From: a virus
Lineage: Duplodnaviria; Caudoviricetes
Length of the DNA: 64,000 bases
Reading direction: 5' to 3' (one strand)
Virus record (IMG/VR): IMGVR_UViG_3300031992_000031
Coordinates: 69,462-133,461 of that record
Shown: positions 18,173 to 29,141 of the stretch, in pieces
Numbering within the stretch: position 1 is the stretch's first letter
Layout of the letters: each line of letters starts with the position of its first letter
Translations under genes and position numbers: made by a program
Notes under the pieces: generated by a model
The model's input: the letters and a program-made list of their open reading frames with translations, nothing else
What the model was told of the DNA's origin: nothing
The model's database searches: none

Positions 18173-19941
18173 AATATAGACTACGAAATAATTATAGTAC
18201 AAATCCTGATAAAGCATTAAAAGAAATATTAAAAGATAGAGGAGTCATAGATATTGAAAATTTTATGAATCCTACGCAGAATTGTGAATTAGACCCTTAT
18301 AATTTGGTTAATATTGATTCCGCCGCGGAAAGACTTCTCTACCATCTAAGAAAAAATAGTAAAATACTTTTTATTGTAGACGCTGATGCTGATGGATATA
18401 CAAGTAGTTCTATCTTGTGGCTGTATATTAAACATATTTTCCCAGAGGCACAATTAGAATTTACAGTGCATACTCATAAACAGCATGGTTTAGATGATAA
18501 AATAGATTGGATTTGTGATGAAGCACGCTGGGACTTGGTACTTTGTCCCGATGCCGCGAGTTATGATATAACAGAACATAAAATGCTCGGTGAACTTGGT
18601 ATGGATGTAATTTGTCTTGATCATCATGAGCAATTATACGATGAAAATGGAAATCCTGTAATTTCAAATATTCCAACAGCTATTATAGTAAATAATCAAC
18701 TATCACCTAATTATTCTAATAAATCATTATGTGGCGCAGGAGTGGTATATAAATTTTGTGAGGTTCTAGATGAAAAGCTAGGTATCCAACAGGCACATAA
18801 TTATATTGATTTAGCTGCGTTGGGTGAAATCGCTGATGTTATGGATAGAACAGATACTGAAACTAATTATATTATGATGGAAGGTCTAAAAAATATTCAT
18901 AATGAAGGATTCCGCACGCTAATTGAGGCTCAATCTTATAATTTGAAAGAAAAAGCTGTATCTCCATATCCAGGATTAAATCCAATAGATATAGCTTTCT
19001 ATATTGCTCCACTAATTAATGCTATCACCCGCGTTGGTACGCAGCAAGAAAAAGAAACACTATTTTATTGTTTCATAGAACCAAATAAAGCCATTCAAAG
19101 TAGTAAGCGTGGTGCTCGCCCAGGTGATATTGAATATGCCGCGGAACAAACAGCTCGTGTTGGTAAGAATGCGAAAGCGCGTCAAGATAGACTAAAAGAA
19201 CAGGCTATTGGTATTATTGATTTTAAAATTCAAAAAGATGGGCTAGACGATAATAATATTATTATCGTAGAGTTAGATGGGTCTGATAATATTCCGCAGG
19301 AATTAACTGGTCTAATTGCTATGAATATAGTAAATAAATATCATAAACCAGTTATGATTGGCCGCAGAAATAATCATAATGAAATACAGGGCAGTATCCG
19401 TTCTGATGGAAATTTTGCTGGATTGCCTAGTTTTAAAAAGTTCCTTGAAGATAGCGGATTAGTTACTTATACAGCTGGTCATGATAATGCCGCGGGTTGG
19501 GGCCTAAATGGAGATAAGTTAGATTCTCTACTTAAATACGCAAATAAGAATCTAAAAGTAGAAGATTTTGAAAATTGTTATATTGTGGATTATGTATTAG
19601 ACGGTAGTGATTATAACGATGAACTATTGGGCTGTTTGGCAGCGCATCCGGAGTACTTTGGTAATCATATAGAAGAGCCAATGTTTATCATTAAGAATAT
19701 TCCACTAATGAATATTATGGCAATGGGAACTAATAAAGATAGTATGAAAATTTCATATAACGGTATTGATTATGTGAAATTTAAAGATTTAGATTTTGTA
19801 GATGAAATTACTAAGAATCGCACAAAAAAGCTAACTGTCTATGGGCGCGCAAACCTTAATGAATGGATGGGCAAGCAATCAGTACAAGTCTTTATTACAG
19901 ATTATGAATTAGTAGAAGATACTAGTAAATATGAATTTTGA
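18169..19941 (+). CDS. recJ: RecJ-like ssDNA exonuclease
   Basis: DADADG, LDHH, LCGAGV, IADVM, GSIRS, GHDNAAG (DHH/DHHA1). Confidence 0.9.
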   Translation: MKYRLRNNYSTNPDKALKEILKDRGVIDIENFMNPTQNCELDPYNLVNIDSAAERLLYHLRKNSKILFIVDADADGYTSSSILWLYIKHIFPEAQLEFTVHTHKQHGLDDKIDWICDEARWDLVLCPDAASYDITEHKMLGELGMDVICLDHHEQLYDENGNPVISNIPTAIIVNNQLSPNYSNKSLCGAGVVYKFCEVLDEKLGIQQAHNYIDLAALGEIADVMDRTDTETNYIMMEGLKNIHNEGFRTLIEAQSYNLKEKAVSPYPGLNPIDIAFYIAPLINAITRVGTQQEKETLFYCFIEPNKAIQSSKRGARPGDIEYAAEQTARVGKNAKARQDRLKEQAIGIIDFKIQKDGLDDNNIIIVELDGSDNIPQELTGLIAMNIVNKYHKPVMIGRRNNHNEIQGSIRSDGNFAGLPSFKKFLEDSGLVTYTAGHDNAAGWGLNGDKLDSLLKYANKNLKVEDFENCYIVDYVLDGSDYNDELLGCLAAHPEYFGNHIEEPMFIIKNIPLMNIMAMGTNKDSMKISYNGIDYVKFKDLDFVDEITKNRTKKLTVYGRANLNEWMGKQSVQVFITDYELVEDTSKYEF

Positions 19942-19949
19942 GGTATAAT

Positions 19950-20117
19950 ATGACAGTAAAAGAGCTAGTTGAAAAATTACAAGAAATGCCGCAAGACTTA
20001 CTTGTGGTAGATTGGGGACATTTTCACATAGAAGGTTGTCATATTGTTGAAGGATATGAAGATGGAGATGGAGCTAATCCTAACTGTCCTATCTTAACTG
20101 TAGTAATGATTGATTGA
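19950..20117 (+). CDS. small hypothetical protein, paralog of 5166-5372
   Basis: MTVKELVEKLQEMPQD; GAGGT RBS. Confidence 0.6.
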   Translation: MTVKELVEKLQEMPQDLLVVDWGHFHIEGCHIVEGYEDGDGANPNCPILTVVMID

Positions 20118-20125
20118 GGTGTAGC

Positions 20126-20521
20126 ATGAAATTAATATTACTGTTTGTAATGATATTTTGCCATATTGTAGATGATTATTATTTACAAGGAATATTAGCA
20201 AAGATGAAACAAAGAAAATGGTGGATAGAGAATGCGCCAAATCCTATGTATAAAGGTGATTATAAAGTAGCCTTAATAGTACATGGTTTTTCTTGGGCTT
20301 TTATGATATTATTACCATTATTAGTTTATGGAATTATAAATAATTATGGTGAGATGTTTTTCTATTTTGATTATCCATTATTTCTACTGTGGAATACATT
20401 CTTGCACGCTTATATAGATAATGAAAAGGCAAATAAATTAGAGATAAATTTAATTACAGACCAAACATTACATTTAATTCAGATAGCTATAACATATATA
20501 GTATTTCTGTTTTGGCATTGA
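20126..20521 (+). CDS. DUF3307-like membrane protein
   Basis: HIVDDYYLQG..AKMK, HAYID, DQTLHL. Confidence 0.7.
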   Translation: MKLILLFVMIFCHIVDDYYLQGILAKMKQRKWWIENAPNPMYKGDYKVALIVHGFSWAFMILLPLLVYGIINNYGEMFFYFDYPLFLLWNTFLHAYIDNEKANKLEINLITDQTLHLIQIAITYIVFLFWH

Positions 20522-20546
20522 CAAAAGTTTAATTTTGTGATATAAT
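20518..20546 (+). promoter_or_regulatory. sigma70-type promoter of dnaE operon
   Basis: TTGACA, 17 bp, TGnTATAAT. Confidence 0.82.
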
Positions 20547-20571
20547 AGATATAGTAGAAAGAGGTGAGAAA

Positions 20572-23500
20572 ATGTCACAATATCCAGGTAGTGTGCACAA
20601 TCATACTGAATATAGTAATGAAACTTTGCGCGATTGTATTAACACTGTACAAGGTTTGATTGATTTAGCCATAGAACTTGGGCATGAGTGTGTTGCAATA
20701 ACAGACCATGAAACTATATCAAGTTATATTAAGGCAGAAAAATATTATAAGAAGATTAAAGAAAAGCATCCAGATTTTAAGTTGATTCGCGGCAATGAGA
20801 TTTATCTTACAAGAAATGGTTTAACCGCGAAAAATTATGACAAGACAAAAGATAAATATTTTCACTTTATTCTTCTCGCAAAAGATATTGAAGGATATAA
20901 ACAAATTTGTGAATTATCTACGAGAGCATGGCAGCGTTCATATATGAGTCGGCGCCAGCGTAGACGTCCAACTTATTATCAAGATTTGAAAGATATCGTA
21001 AAGCCGAATCAAGGGCATTTGATTGCAAGTAGTGCTTGTTTAGGCTCACAGTTGGATAAGTTCTTACTTCAATATATGGACACTGGTGATGAACAATATT
21101 TTGATACGGCTCGCCGCTGGTGCGAATACATTGAAGATATATTTGGTTCTGGAAACTTTTATCTTGAACTACAACCGTCTGATAATAAAGAACAGATATT
21201 TGTTAATAAACAACTGTTAAGATTGTCAGAAATGTTAGGTATCAATTATATCATAACAACTGATAGTCATTATGGACGTCCAGAAGATGCTCCAATTCAC
21301 GAAGCATTTCTTAACTCACAAGATGGTGATCGTGAAGTAAAAAGTTTTTATGCCACAACTTATATGATGAAAGATGAAGAGATTAGAAGTTTTCTTCCAT
21401 ATCTTACATCTGAACAGATTGAAGCGGCATATACAGCGATTCGAGAAATTAAGAATAAATGCGAAGATTTTAGTATCTTAAAGCCGCTAAAAATCCCAAG
21501 TTTGCCGTGGCGTGAGTTTGATGTAAGTAATGATGAAATTGAAGATGCTATTGAAAAGATTCCAGAACTTGAAAAGTTTTTAGCATCAGAATATCGAGCA
21601 GATAATAAATTGGTAGAAGCGGTTGTTGAAGGTATAAGAAAACATCCAGATTTACAAAATGAAAAAGCATATGAAGCATTAAATGAATGTCTTGAGATGA
21701 CTTGGGTGTCTTCAGAAGTAAATAAAGCACAATGGTCAGCATACTTCTTAAATCTTCAGAAAATTATTGATGAGTGTTGGAATGCTGGAACATTGGTTAT
21801 GCCAGCACGTGGTTCTGGTATGGGATTTGTTCTTCTGTATGCTTTGGATATTATTCAGATAAATTGTCTACGTGAAAAGACTAAAACTTATCCTTGGAGG
21901 TTTTTGAACCCGGCGCGTGTATCAGTACTTGATATTGATGTAGATATTGAGGGTGTTCGTAGAGCACAGGTTCTAGAACATTTAAGAAAGGTATATGGTG
22001 AAAATCGTGTATCTAATGTTGCGACGTTTAAGACAGAAAAATCTAAATCGGCGATTCAAACAGCTTGTCGTGGATTGGGTATTGATAATGATGAAGCGTC
22101 TTATATTTCAAATTTAATTCAAGCTGAACGTGGTCAGGTATTCACTTTGAAGCAAACATATTATGGTGATGAAGAAAATGGTTTGGCACCCAACCAAGCA
22201 TTTATAAATGAAGTGAGTAAGCATCCTGGACTTTGGGAAGTTGCTCAAAGAATTGAAGGATTGATTTGCGGTCAAGGTATCCATGCAGGTGGCGTAGTTT
22301 TCACAGATGAAGACTTTACAGAAAGTAGCGCATTGATGCGCGCGCCCGATGGCACAGTAATTACCCAATTTGAACTTCATGACCTTGAAGATGTTTCAAT
22401 GATTAAGATGGACTTGTTAAGCGTTGAAGCTGCGGATAAGATTCATACTTGTCTTGATTTGTTAGTAGAGCAAGGTTATATTAAACAATATCCAACTTTA
22501 AGAGAAACATATGAAAATGCTCTTGGAGTTTATAAAATAAATCGTGATGATAAAAAGATGTGGGACATGGTTCAGAACCATGAAATAGTCAGTTTGTTTC
22601 AGATGGAACAACAGAGTGGAGTTCGCGGGATTGCGTTGACACACCCGCGGAGTGTTGACGAACTAGCAGTTCTTAATTCTGTTATCCGTCTAATGGCTAC
22701 TGAAAAAGGCGCAGAAAGTCCATTGGATAAATATGCGAGATTTAGGGAGAATCCGAAAGCATGGGATAGAGAAATGCAACAGATGGGTTTAACCGAAGAA
22801 CAAAGAGCAATTATGCATCGTGAATTGGATATATCCGATGGTATGTCAATCACACAAGAACAGTTTATGCAGTTAGTTCAGTTGCCGGAATGCGGTGGCT
22901 GGGATTTACAATGGGCTGATAAACTTCGTAAATCAATTGCTAAAAAGAATCCTAAAGATTATGATGCCTTAACTAAACAGTTTTTTGATAACGTTAAGGA
23001 AAAGGGATTAAACGAAAAGTTCTGTCATTATGTATGGGATGTTGAAGTAGCATTGAGCCGTGGATATGGATTTAATGCGGCACACACTTACTCGTATTCA
23101 ATGATAGCACTTCAAGAAATGAATCTCGCACGATTCTATCCAATCATCTTCTGGAACACCGCGAACTTAATTGTAGATAGCGGTGGTATTCAAACTGAAG
23201 AGGTTGAAGATGAAGATGAGGGTTTAGATGTTGAACCCGAAGCTGAAGAAGAAGATGACGAAGATGAAGAAGAGTGGGAAGAGGAAAATGAGGTAACCGA
23301 GGGTGAAAAAGAGGATAAGAAAAAAGAAAAGACAAAATCTGTGGACTACGGCAAAGTGGCATCAGCGATTGGACGGTTCGATAGTTACGGAATTAAAGTT
23401 TCACCGCCCAACATTAACAGTTCTTCTTATAGTTTCACCCCAGTTGTGGAACGAAATGAAATCCTATATGGGTTGCGAGGTATCACACGGTTATCTACGT

Positions 23501-24528
23501 CCATTATTAAAGAGATTATGGAAATGCGCCCATTTGACTCATTGGAAGACTTCCTCGAAAGAGTTAAAGTAAATAAGATTCAAATGACTAATTTGATTAA
23601 GTGCGGGGCATTTGATGACATGATGAAGATTCCGCGTGAAAAAATCATGGAAAAGTATATTGATTTAGTTGCGGATAAAAAGCAGAGATTAACACTACAA
23701 AACATGCAGATGTTAATCAATTATAATTTAATCCCGGAAGAAATGAATTTTGGTAAGAAAGTATTTTTATTTAATAAGTTTTTGAAGCAACAAAAGAAAG
23801 TTGAGTATTATCAACTGAATGATGCCGCAATTAATTTTATAGCAGATAATTTTAGTGTAGATATTTTAAGAAATGGAACTGAATTATCAGCGGCGAAATG
23901 GGAACTTATTTATCAGAAAGCAATGGACCCAATGAGAATGTATTTAAAGGCACATAAAGATGAGATGCTTAAAGCATTAAATAATGCGTTATATAAAGAA
24001 GTGTATGATAAGTATGCTCTTGGTTCAATATCCCATTGGGAAATGGAAGCAGTTAGTTTTTATAGTCATTCTCATGAACTTGCAGAATCTCAATATTTAT
24101 ATGATGATTTCTTCAGTTTACCGGAAGAGCCTGAAATTGATTACAGTTTTGTTGGTAAAGACGGTAATGAAGTTAGAATATATAAATTGAGAAAAATTAT
24201 TGGAACCGTTATTGATAAAAGTAAAATGAAAAATACAGTTACATTATTAACTCCGACAGGAGTTGTAAATGTAAAAATTTATAAGAATCAATATGCGGGA
24301 TTCGATAAGCAACTATCACAAAAGGGCGCAGACGGCAAAAAGCATGTTATCGAGAAGAGTTGGTTCTCACGCGGTAGTTTGTTAATGGTTCAAGGCATTC
24401 GTAGAGGTTCTGATTTTATACCGAAGAAGCGCAAAGATAGTTTTTATCCAGTTATTTCAAAAATAATTAATGTACATGATGATGGGACATTAGAGTTTCA
24501 GACAGAGCGGGCGGTGATAGAAGAGTGA
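20572..24528 (+). CDS. dnaE: DNA polymerase III alpha subunit (family C)
   Basis: PHP domain HNHTEYS/AITDHE/TTDSHY, RGSG, DIDVD, HAGG, KMDLL, YGFNAAH; internal acidic insertion. Confidence 0.93.
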   Translation: MSQYPGSVHNHTEYSNETLRDCINTVQGLIDLAIELGHECVAITDHETISSYIKAEKYYKKIKEKHPDFKLIRGNEIYLTRNGLTAKNYDKTKDKYFHFILLAKDIEGYKQICELSTRAWQRSYMSRRQRRRPTYYQDLKDIVKPNQGHLIASSACLGSQLDKFLLQYMDTGDEQYFDTARRWCEYIEDIFGSGNFYLELQPSDNKEQIFVNKQLLRLSEMLGINYIITTDSHYGRPEDAPIHEAFLNSQDGDREVKSFYATTYMMKDEEIRSFLPYLTSEQIEAAYTAIREIKNKCEDFSILKPLKIPSLPWREFDVSNDEIEDAIEKIPELEKFLASEYRADNKLVEAVVEGIRKHPDLQNEKAYEALNECLEMTWVSSEVNKAQWSAYFLNLQKIIDECWNAGTLVMPARGSGMGFVLLYALDIIQINCLREKTKTYPWRFLNPARVSVLDIDVDIEGVRRAQVLEHLRKVYGENRVSNVATFKTEKSKSAIQTACRGLGIDNDEASYISNLIQAERGQVFTLKQTYYGDEENGLAPNQAFINEVSKHPGLWEVAQRIEGLICGQGIHAGGVVFTDEDFTESSALMRAPDGTVITQFELHDLEDVSMIKMDLLSVEAADKIHTCLDLLVEQGYIKQYPTLRETYENALGVYKINRDDKKMWDMVQNHEIVSLFQMEQQSGVRGIALTHPRSVDELAVLNSVIRLMATEKGAESPLDKYARFRENPKAWDREMQQMGLTEEQRAIMHRELDISDGMSITQEQFMQLVQLPECGGWDLQWADKLRKSIAKKNPKDYDALTKQFFDNVKEKGLNEKFCHYVWDVEVALSRGYGFNAAHTYSYSMIALQEMNLARFYPIIFWNTANLIVDSGGIQTEEVEDEDEGLDVEPEAEEEDDEDEEEWEEENEVTEGEKEDKKKEKTKSVDYGKVASAIGRFDSYGIKVSPPNINSSSYSFTPVVERNEILYGLRGITRLSTSIIKEIMEMRPFDSLEDFLERVKVNKIQMTNLIKCGAFDDMMKIPREKIMEKYIDLVADKKQRLTLQNMQMLINYNLIPEEMNFGKKVFLFNKFLKQQKKVEYYQLNDAAINFIADNFSVDILRNGTELSAAKWELIYQKAMDPMRMYLKAHKDEMLKALNNALYKEVYDKYALGSISHWEMEAVSFYSHSHELAESQYLYDDFFSLPEEPEIDYSFVGKDGNEVRIYKLRKIIGTVIDKSKMKNTVTLLTPTGVVNVKIYKNQYAGFDKQLSQKGADGKKHVIEKSWFSRGSLLMVQGIRRGSDFIPKKRKDSFYPVISKIINVHDDGTLEFQTERAVIEE

Positions 24529-25616
24529 TAGGTTTAGTAGACTTACAATTGTAGAGTTGGCAGAAACCTTCACTCTGCCCTCCCAATTTAGAAATAATGA
24601 AGTTAGCTACATATTATACAACAGAAGAAAATAAGTTCTGTCGTTTAATCAATTTAGATGAAACTGAATTTGGCGGCTATGAAAAAGTATATATATTTAG
24701 TGAATCAAAAGATTTTATTACTGTGCCCGAAGCATTTAAACGAGCATCAAATGTAATATATGGAGGTTCAGCCTTTACAAACGGTAAATACATTCCATTC
24801 TAGAATAAACTAATAGATTATACTATCGCTCGGCCGCGAATCTATGCTAACTTTCTTAAAGAAAAATACCAAGCTGGATTAAGAGAAATTGAAATAACAA
24901 GATTATTAGATAATACTTATTATAGATGGCACGCTGGAAAAGAAGTTTTACCGCTTCCTGCTATTAAAAAACGTCATCGAATTTATATATACGATTTAGA
25001 TTTCTTTTAGGAAGGTTGGCGCAATATTATAGATAGAATAATAAAGCGTTCTCCCTCCTCTATAAATTTTATACATCCAGCACATTATAAAAAGATTTCA
25101 GATTTTCTGGAAGTACGTGAAAACTCATTAATTGCCAAAGGAAATGATGCTTACTTGGATTTAAACATTCCGCTAAAAGAAACGCCTATTTTAATGAAAC
25201 ATTATAAAAATCGTTTATTAGCAGTAATAAATCCTAGCGCGCAAGTATATTTATCTTTAGGCGGTTCATTCCATTATCAATCTGACTATTTAAAAGATAT
25301 TATTTATAAATTAAATTTACTATATGTATTTTGGAGTTGTAAAATTCCTTTAAAAATAAAATATGAAGAACCGGCATTAGGATGTTTTAATCCAATACCG
25401 GATCTTTCAAAATTAATATCAACTTGGACGCAAGGTGATACTTGTAATTATAAAAGTATTATAGATAGAATACCAAAAGATAAAAGTTTAACTGATATAC
25501 GCCCTGAGCGCGAACAGTTAAGACAAATATTAGATAGGTATCCTTCATATGAAACCTTGTTTCGTCAAACCACAGGAACAGTTAGAAAAGGAGGTCTTTG
25601 GAAGTATGGATATTAA
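24525..25616 (+). CDS. degenerate radical-SAM-like protein (363 aa, 3 TAG=Gln)
   Basis: GTG overlaps the dnaE stop; MIGLVDLQL*SW..PPNLEIMKLATYY...YEKVYIF...IYGGSAF. ORF fragments 24597 and 25155 share a frame separated only by TAG. Confidence 0.65.
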
Positions 25617-25812
25617 TAGTATTAAAGTACAATATGAAACCTTAAATAAAGATTTAAAGCAGGCACTAAGCCGCATGGAACGCACTGATAGGGTATTTAT
25701 TATAAAAGAAGCAATGAATGATCTATAGAAAATGTGCCCGCATGATAATGGATCATTTGATTTCTCTACAACCGAATATTGCCCGTATTGTGGAAAAAAG
25801 TTTGGGAAGTGA
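25606..25812 (+). CDS. small zinc-finger protein (68 aa, 1 TAG=Gln)
   Basis: AGGAGG RBS; ...MNDL*KMCPH...YCPYCGKKF, TGA. Confidence 0.7.
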
Positions 25813-25816
25813 TATT

Positions 25817-28099
25817 ATGGAATTACAAATTAAAAAACGAACAGGAGAATTAGTTCCATTTAATAAAGAAAAAATTGAAACGGCTATTTGTAAAGCATGG
25901 CATGAAGTTTATCCCAATGAACAAGGTAAACCTTCTTATGGGCAAGAAATAGCTGACATGGTAGAAAATGTAGCAAAAGAATTAGATGAGTCTATTGGAG
26001 TTGAAGATATTCAAGAATTAGTTGAAGATTATTTAACTGATTATGATCTAAAAGTTGGTAAAGCGTATATTAAATACAGATACAAGCATGGTATTATGCG
26101 TGCGAATTCTACTGAATTTATTCGCGCTATTAGTGAGAAACTTCGCGCTTCTAATGTTCAGAATCAAAATGCTAATGTAGATGAACATTCATTTGGTGGC
26201 CGTGTTGGTGAAGCCTCAGATGAAATGATGAAGCAGTATGCTCTTGATTTTTGTATGTCTAATATGGCAAAACAGAATCATTTAAATAATGAAATTTATA
26301 TTCATGATTTGAGCGCTTATGCTGTTGGTATGCATAACTGTTTGAGTATTCCATTTGATGACTTACTTGCTAATGGATTTAATACTAGGCAAACTGATGT
26401 GCGTCCTGCTAATTCAATTAATACTGCTTTCCAGCTTGTAGCGGTTATCTTCCAACTTCAAAGCTTAATGCAGTTCGGCGGCGTGAGTGCAACTCACCTA
26501 GATTGGACTATGGTGCCTTATGTAAGAAAGAGTTATTTTAAGCATTTACAAGAAGTATGCACAATAGTACAAAATAATGATAATTGTACTTGGACTGTTG
26601 GTTCTCTTGAAAAGAAAACTCTTCCAGAGATATTTGAAATACAAACTAAGAATAAAAAGCCGGAAGATATTAGTATAAATGATTCAGAAACATATGGTTA
26701 CCTTCCAGAGTCTATATGTGATAGCGCATTAGAAATGACTAAAAAAGAACTACAACAAGCGGTTGAGGGCATGTATCATAACTTAAATACACTTCAATCT
26801 CGTAGCGGAAATCAGTTACCTTTTACATCAATTAACTATGGTACATGTACATTACCAGAAGGTCGTATGGTAACAAAGGCATTACTCGAAGGCTCAATTA
26901 AAGGTGTTGGTAAGTTCCATAAAACTCCTATTTTTCCATGCGGTATCTTCCAGTGTATGAAAGGAATCAATCGTGCGCCCGGCGATCCTAATTATGATTT
27001 ATTTAGACTAGCACTAGAATCAACCGCAAAGCGGATTTACCCTAATTATGCGAATGTTGATTGGAGCGGCAATGCCGGGTATGATGTAAATGACCCAAAG
27101 ACGTACTTCTCTACGATGGGCTGTAGAACAGCGAACGGAGCAGATATAAATGCTGAGCCCGGAGTTAATCCTCAGACAAAGGATGGTCGTGGTAATATTT
27201 GTCCTGTTACAATTATTATGCCAACACTTGCTATGCTAGCAAAACAAGACGTAGAAAACGGCTGCCAAACTCCTATTGAAGAAATTTTCTTAAATATTCT
27301 AGATAAAAAAATTCATGAAGCAAAAGATATGCTATTAGAGCGCTTTAATTGGATTTGTAGTCAAGATGCTTCTTCCGCTAAATTTATGTATGAAAATCAT
27401 ACAATGCTTGGATACCATCCAGAAGAAGGTATTCGTTCAGCGTTAAAACACGGTACGATAGTTATCGGCCAATTAGGATTGGCTGAAACACTTCAAATTC
27501 TAATTGGTAAAGACCATACAACAGAAGAGGGTATGGCGTTAGCGAAACGTATTGAATCATTATTCAAGCAACGTTGTGCTGAATTTAAGCAAGAATATAA
27601 ATTAAACTTTGGCGTTTATTATACTCCTGCAGAAAATCTTTGCTATACAGCAATGAAGAAATTCAAAGCTAAATACGGTGAAATTCCTAATGTCTCCGAC
27701 CGTGAATATTTTACAAATAGTATTCATGTCCCGGTATGGCATGAGATTTCAATCTTTGACAAGATTGATATAGAAGCACAACTTACAGGATATTCTAGCG
27801 CAGGTTGCATCACATACGTAGAAGTTCCTAGTGGTGTAAAGAATAACATAGATGCGCTTGAAATAATAGTAAATTATGCGATGGATAAGGACATACCGTA
27901 CTTCGCGCTTAATGTACCGCTAGATAGCTGTAATGACTGCGGTTATCAGGATGAAATTGGAGAAAAGTGCCCACAATGTGGAAGCACAAATATATCAAGA
28001 CTTAGACGCGTAACCGGATATTTAACCGGAAATTATAAAACTGCTTTTAATAGGGGCAAACAAGCAGAAACTGAAGAACGCGTTAAGCATATACATTAA
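25817..28099 (+). CDS. nrdD: anaerobic (class III) ribonucleotide reductase
   Basis: N-terminal ATP cone (IKKRTGELVPFNKEKI), HNCL, TMGCRT, TPAENL, CxxC..CxxC, RRVTGYL glycyl-radical loop. Start corrected to ATG 25817. Confidence 0.95.
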   Translation: MELQIKKRTGELVPFNKEKIETAICKAWHEVYPNEQGKPSYGQEIADMVENVAKELDESIGVEDIQELVEDYLTDYDLKVGKAYIKYRYKHGIMRANSTEFIRAISEKLRASNVQNQNANVDEHSFGGRVGEASDEMMKQYALDFCMSNMAKQNHLNNEIYIHDLSAYAVGMHNCLSIPFDDLLANGFNTRQTDVRPANSINTAFQLVAVIFQLQSLMQFGGVSATHLDWTMVPYVRKSYFKHLQEVCTIVQNNDNCTWTVGSLEKKTLPEIFEIQTKNKKPEDISINDSETYGYLPESICDSALEMTKKELQQAVEGMYHNLNTLQSRSGNQLPFTSINYGTCTLPEGRMVTKALLEGSIKGVGKFHKTPIFPCGIFQCMKGINRAPGDPNYDLFRLALESTAKRIYPNYANVDWSGNAGYDVNDPKTYFSTMGCRTANGADINAEPGVNPQTKDGRGNICPVTIIMPTLAMLAKQDVENGCQTPIEEIFLNILDKKIHEAKDMLLERFNWICSQDASSAKFMYENHTMLGYHPEEGIRSALKHGTIVIGQLGLAETLQILIGKDHTTEEGMALAKRIESLFKQRCAEFKQEYKLNFGVYYTPAENLCYTAMKKFKAKYGEIPNVSDREYFTNSIHVPVWHEISIFDKIDIEAQLTGYSSAGCITYVEVPSGVKNNIDALEIIVNYAMDKDIPYFALNVPLDSCNDCGYQDEIGEKCPQCGSTNISRLRRVTGYLTGNYKTAFNRGKQAETEERVKHIH

Positions 28100-28593
28100 T
28101 GAGCAAAATTGCTGGTATCTATTGGGATGATACCGCGGCGGCGCCCGGTATCTCCCTATCAGTATATTTTTCGGGATGTCATTTCCATTGCCCCGGATGT
28201 CATAATCCCGAAGCGCAAGACTTTAATTATGGCCGTGAATATGATTTAGATATCCGTCAAGAAATAATGCAAAAGCTAGGAAAAAATGGAGTTATGAGAA
28301 CTCTTAGTATTCTTGGCGGCGAACCATTAAATGAAGAAAATATTGAAGATGTAATTAATCTAATCGGTTGGTGTAAACTAGATTATCCAGATTTAAAAAT
28401 ATATGTTTGGACCGGTTATACAATAGAAGAACTTGAAGCACGTAATGATGATAATGTGAGGGCGGTGTTAGGAAATATTACCTGCTTAATAGATGGACGC
28501 TATGAGCAGGATAAAAGAGATACGACGCTGGCGTTACGTGGTTCTTCAAACCAAAGAATTATTATGATGGAGGACTATTGGCGTGATAAATAA
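28099..28593 (+). CDS. nrdG: anaerobic RNR activating enzyme (radical SAM)
   Basis: GCHFHCPGCHN, LGGEP, WTGY, DGRY, RGSSNQ. Confidence 0.93.
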   Translation: MSKIAGIYWDDTAAAPGISLSVYFSGCHFHCPGCHNPEAQDFNYGREYDLDIRQEIMQKLGKNGVMRTLSILGGEPLNEENIEDVINLIGWCKLDYPDLKIYVWTGYTIEELEARNDDNVRAVLGNITCLIDGRYEQDKRDTTLALRGSSNQRIIMMEDYWRDK

Positions 28594-29137
28594 ATTATGC
28601 AAAGCCTGTGTTGCTGGTATAGCAATAGCGTTGGGCGGTTGGGCCTACTTATCCGCATCTAATCCAATTGTAGGAGCAGTTATATTCGCTTGTGGATTAT
28701 TAACTGTTAGACTCTATGAACTACATTTATTTACTGGAAAAGTTCAATTTATAACAACTAAAGATGAGCCGTGGTATTATTATCCATTAATATTACTCTG
28801 TAATTTCATTGGAGTAGCAATGATGGTTTTAATTTCATATAGAGCCATACACGAGTCCGCAGCAACGATTGCTATAGCTAAAGCCGCGCAAGACCCAACC
28901 ATTTCTTTGATTAAAGGAATTGGATGCGGTATGTTAATGTCTCTTGCCACTTATAAAGAAACTCCATTATGGGTTACAGTATTGGCAGTAGCAACATTTA
29001 TTCTGGCAGGTTTCAATCACTGTATCGCTGATTTTTATTATATGCTAGCAGGAGCACATTTAAGTTGGAATTTACTTTTAACAATTTTAGGAAATATTTT
29101 TGGCGGCATTATTTTAAGTGGACGTTTAATAAAGTAA
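28583..29137 (+). CDS. formate/nitrite transporter (FNT, FocA-like)
   Basis: AGIAIALGG, FACGL, LFTG, NFIG, GIGCG, FILAGFNHCIAD, LGNIFGG are FNT motifs. Confidence 0.85.
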   Translation: MINKLCKACVAGIAIALGGWAYLSASNPIVGAVIFACGLLTVRLYELHLFTGKVQFITTKDEPWYYYPLILLCNFIGVAMMVLISYRAIHESAATIAIAKAAQDPTISLIKGIGCGMLMSLATYKETPLWVTVLAVATFILAGFNHCIADFYYMLAGAHLSWNLLLTILGNIFGGIILSGRLIK

Positions 29138-29141
29138 ATAT

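Noticed and set aside
25718-25816. N-terminal extension of NrdD in the ORF track
   Set aside because: It overlaps the recoded zinc-finger gene 25606-25812; the ATP cone starts at ATG 25817.
15283-28099. Inteins or introns in DnaB, DnaE or NrdD
   Set aside because: Frames are continuous, of expected size, with no intein splice motifs; the DnaE insertion is low-complexity acidic.
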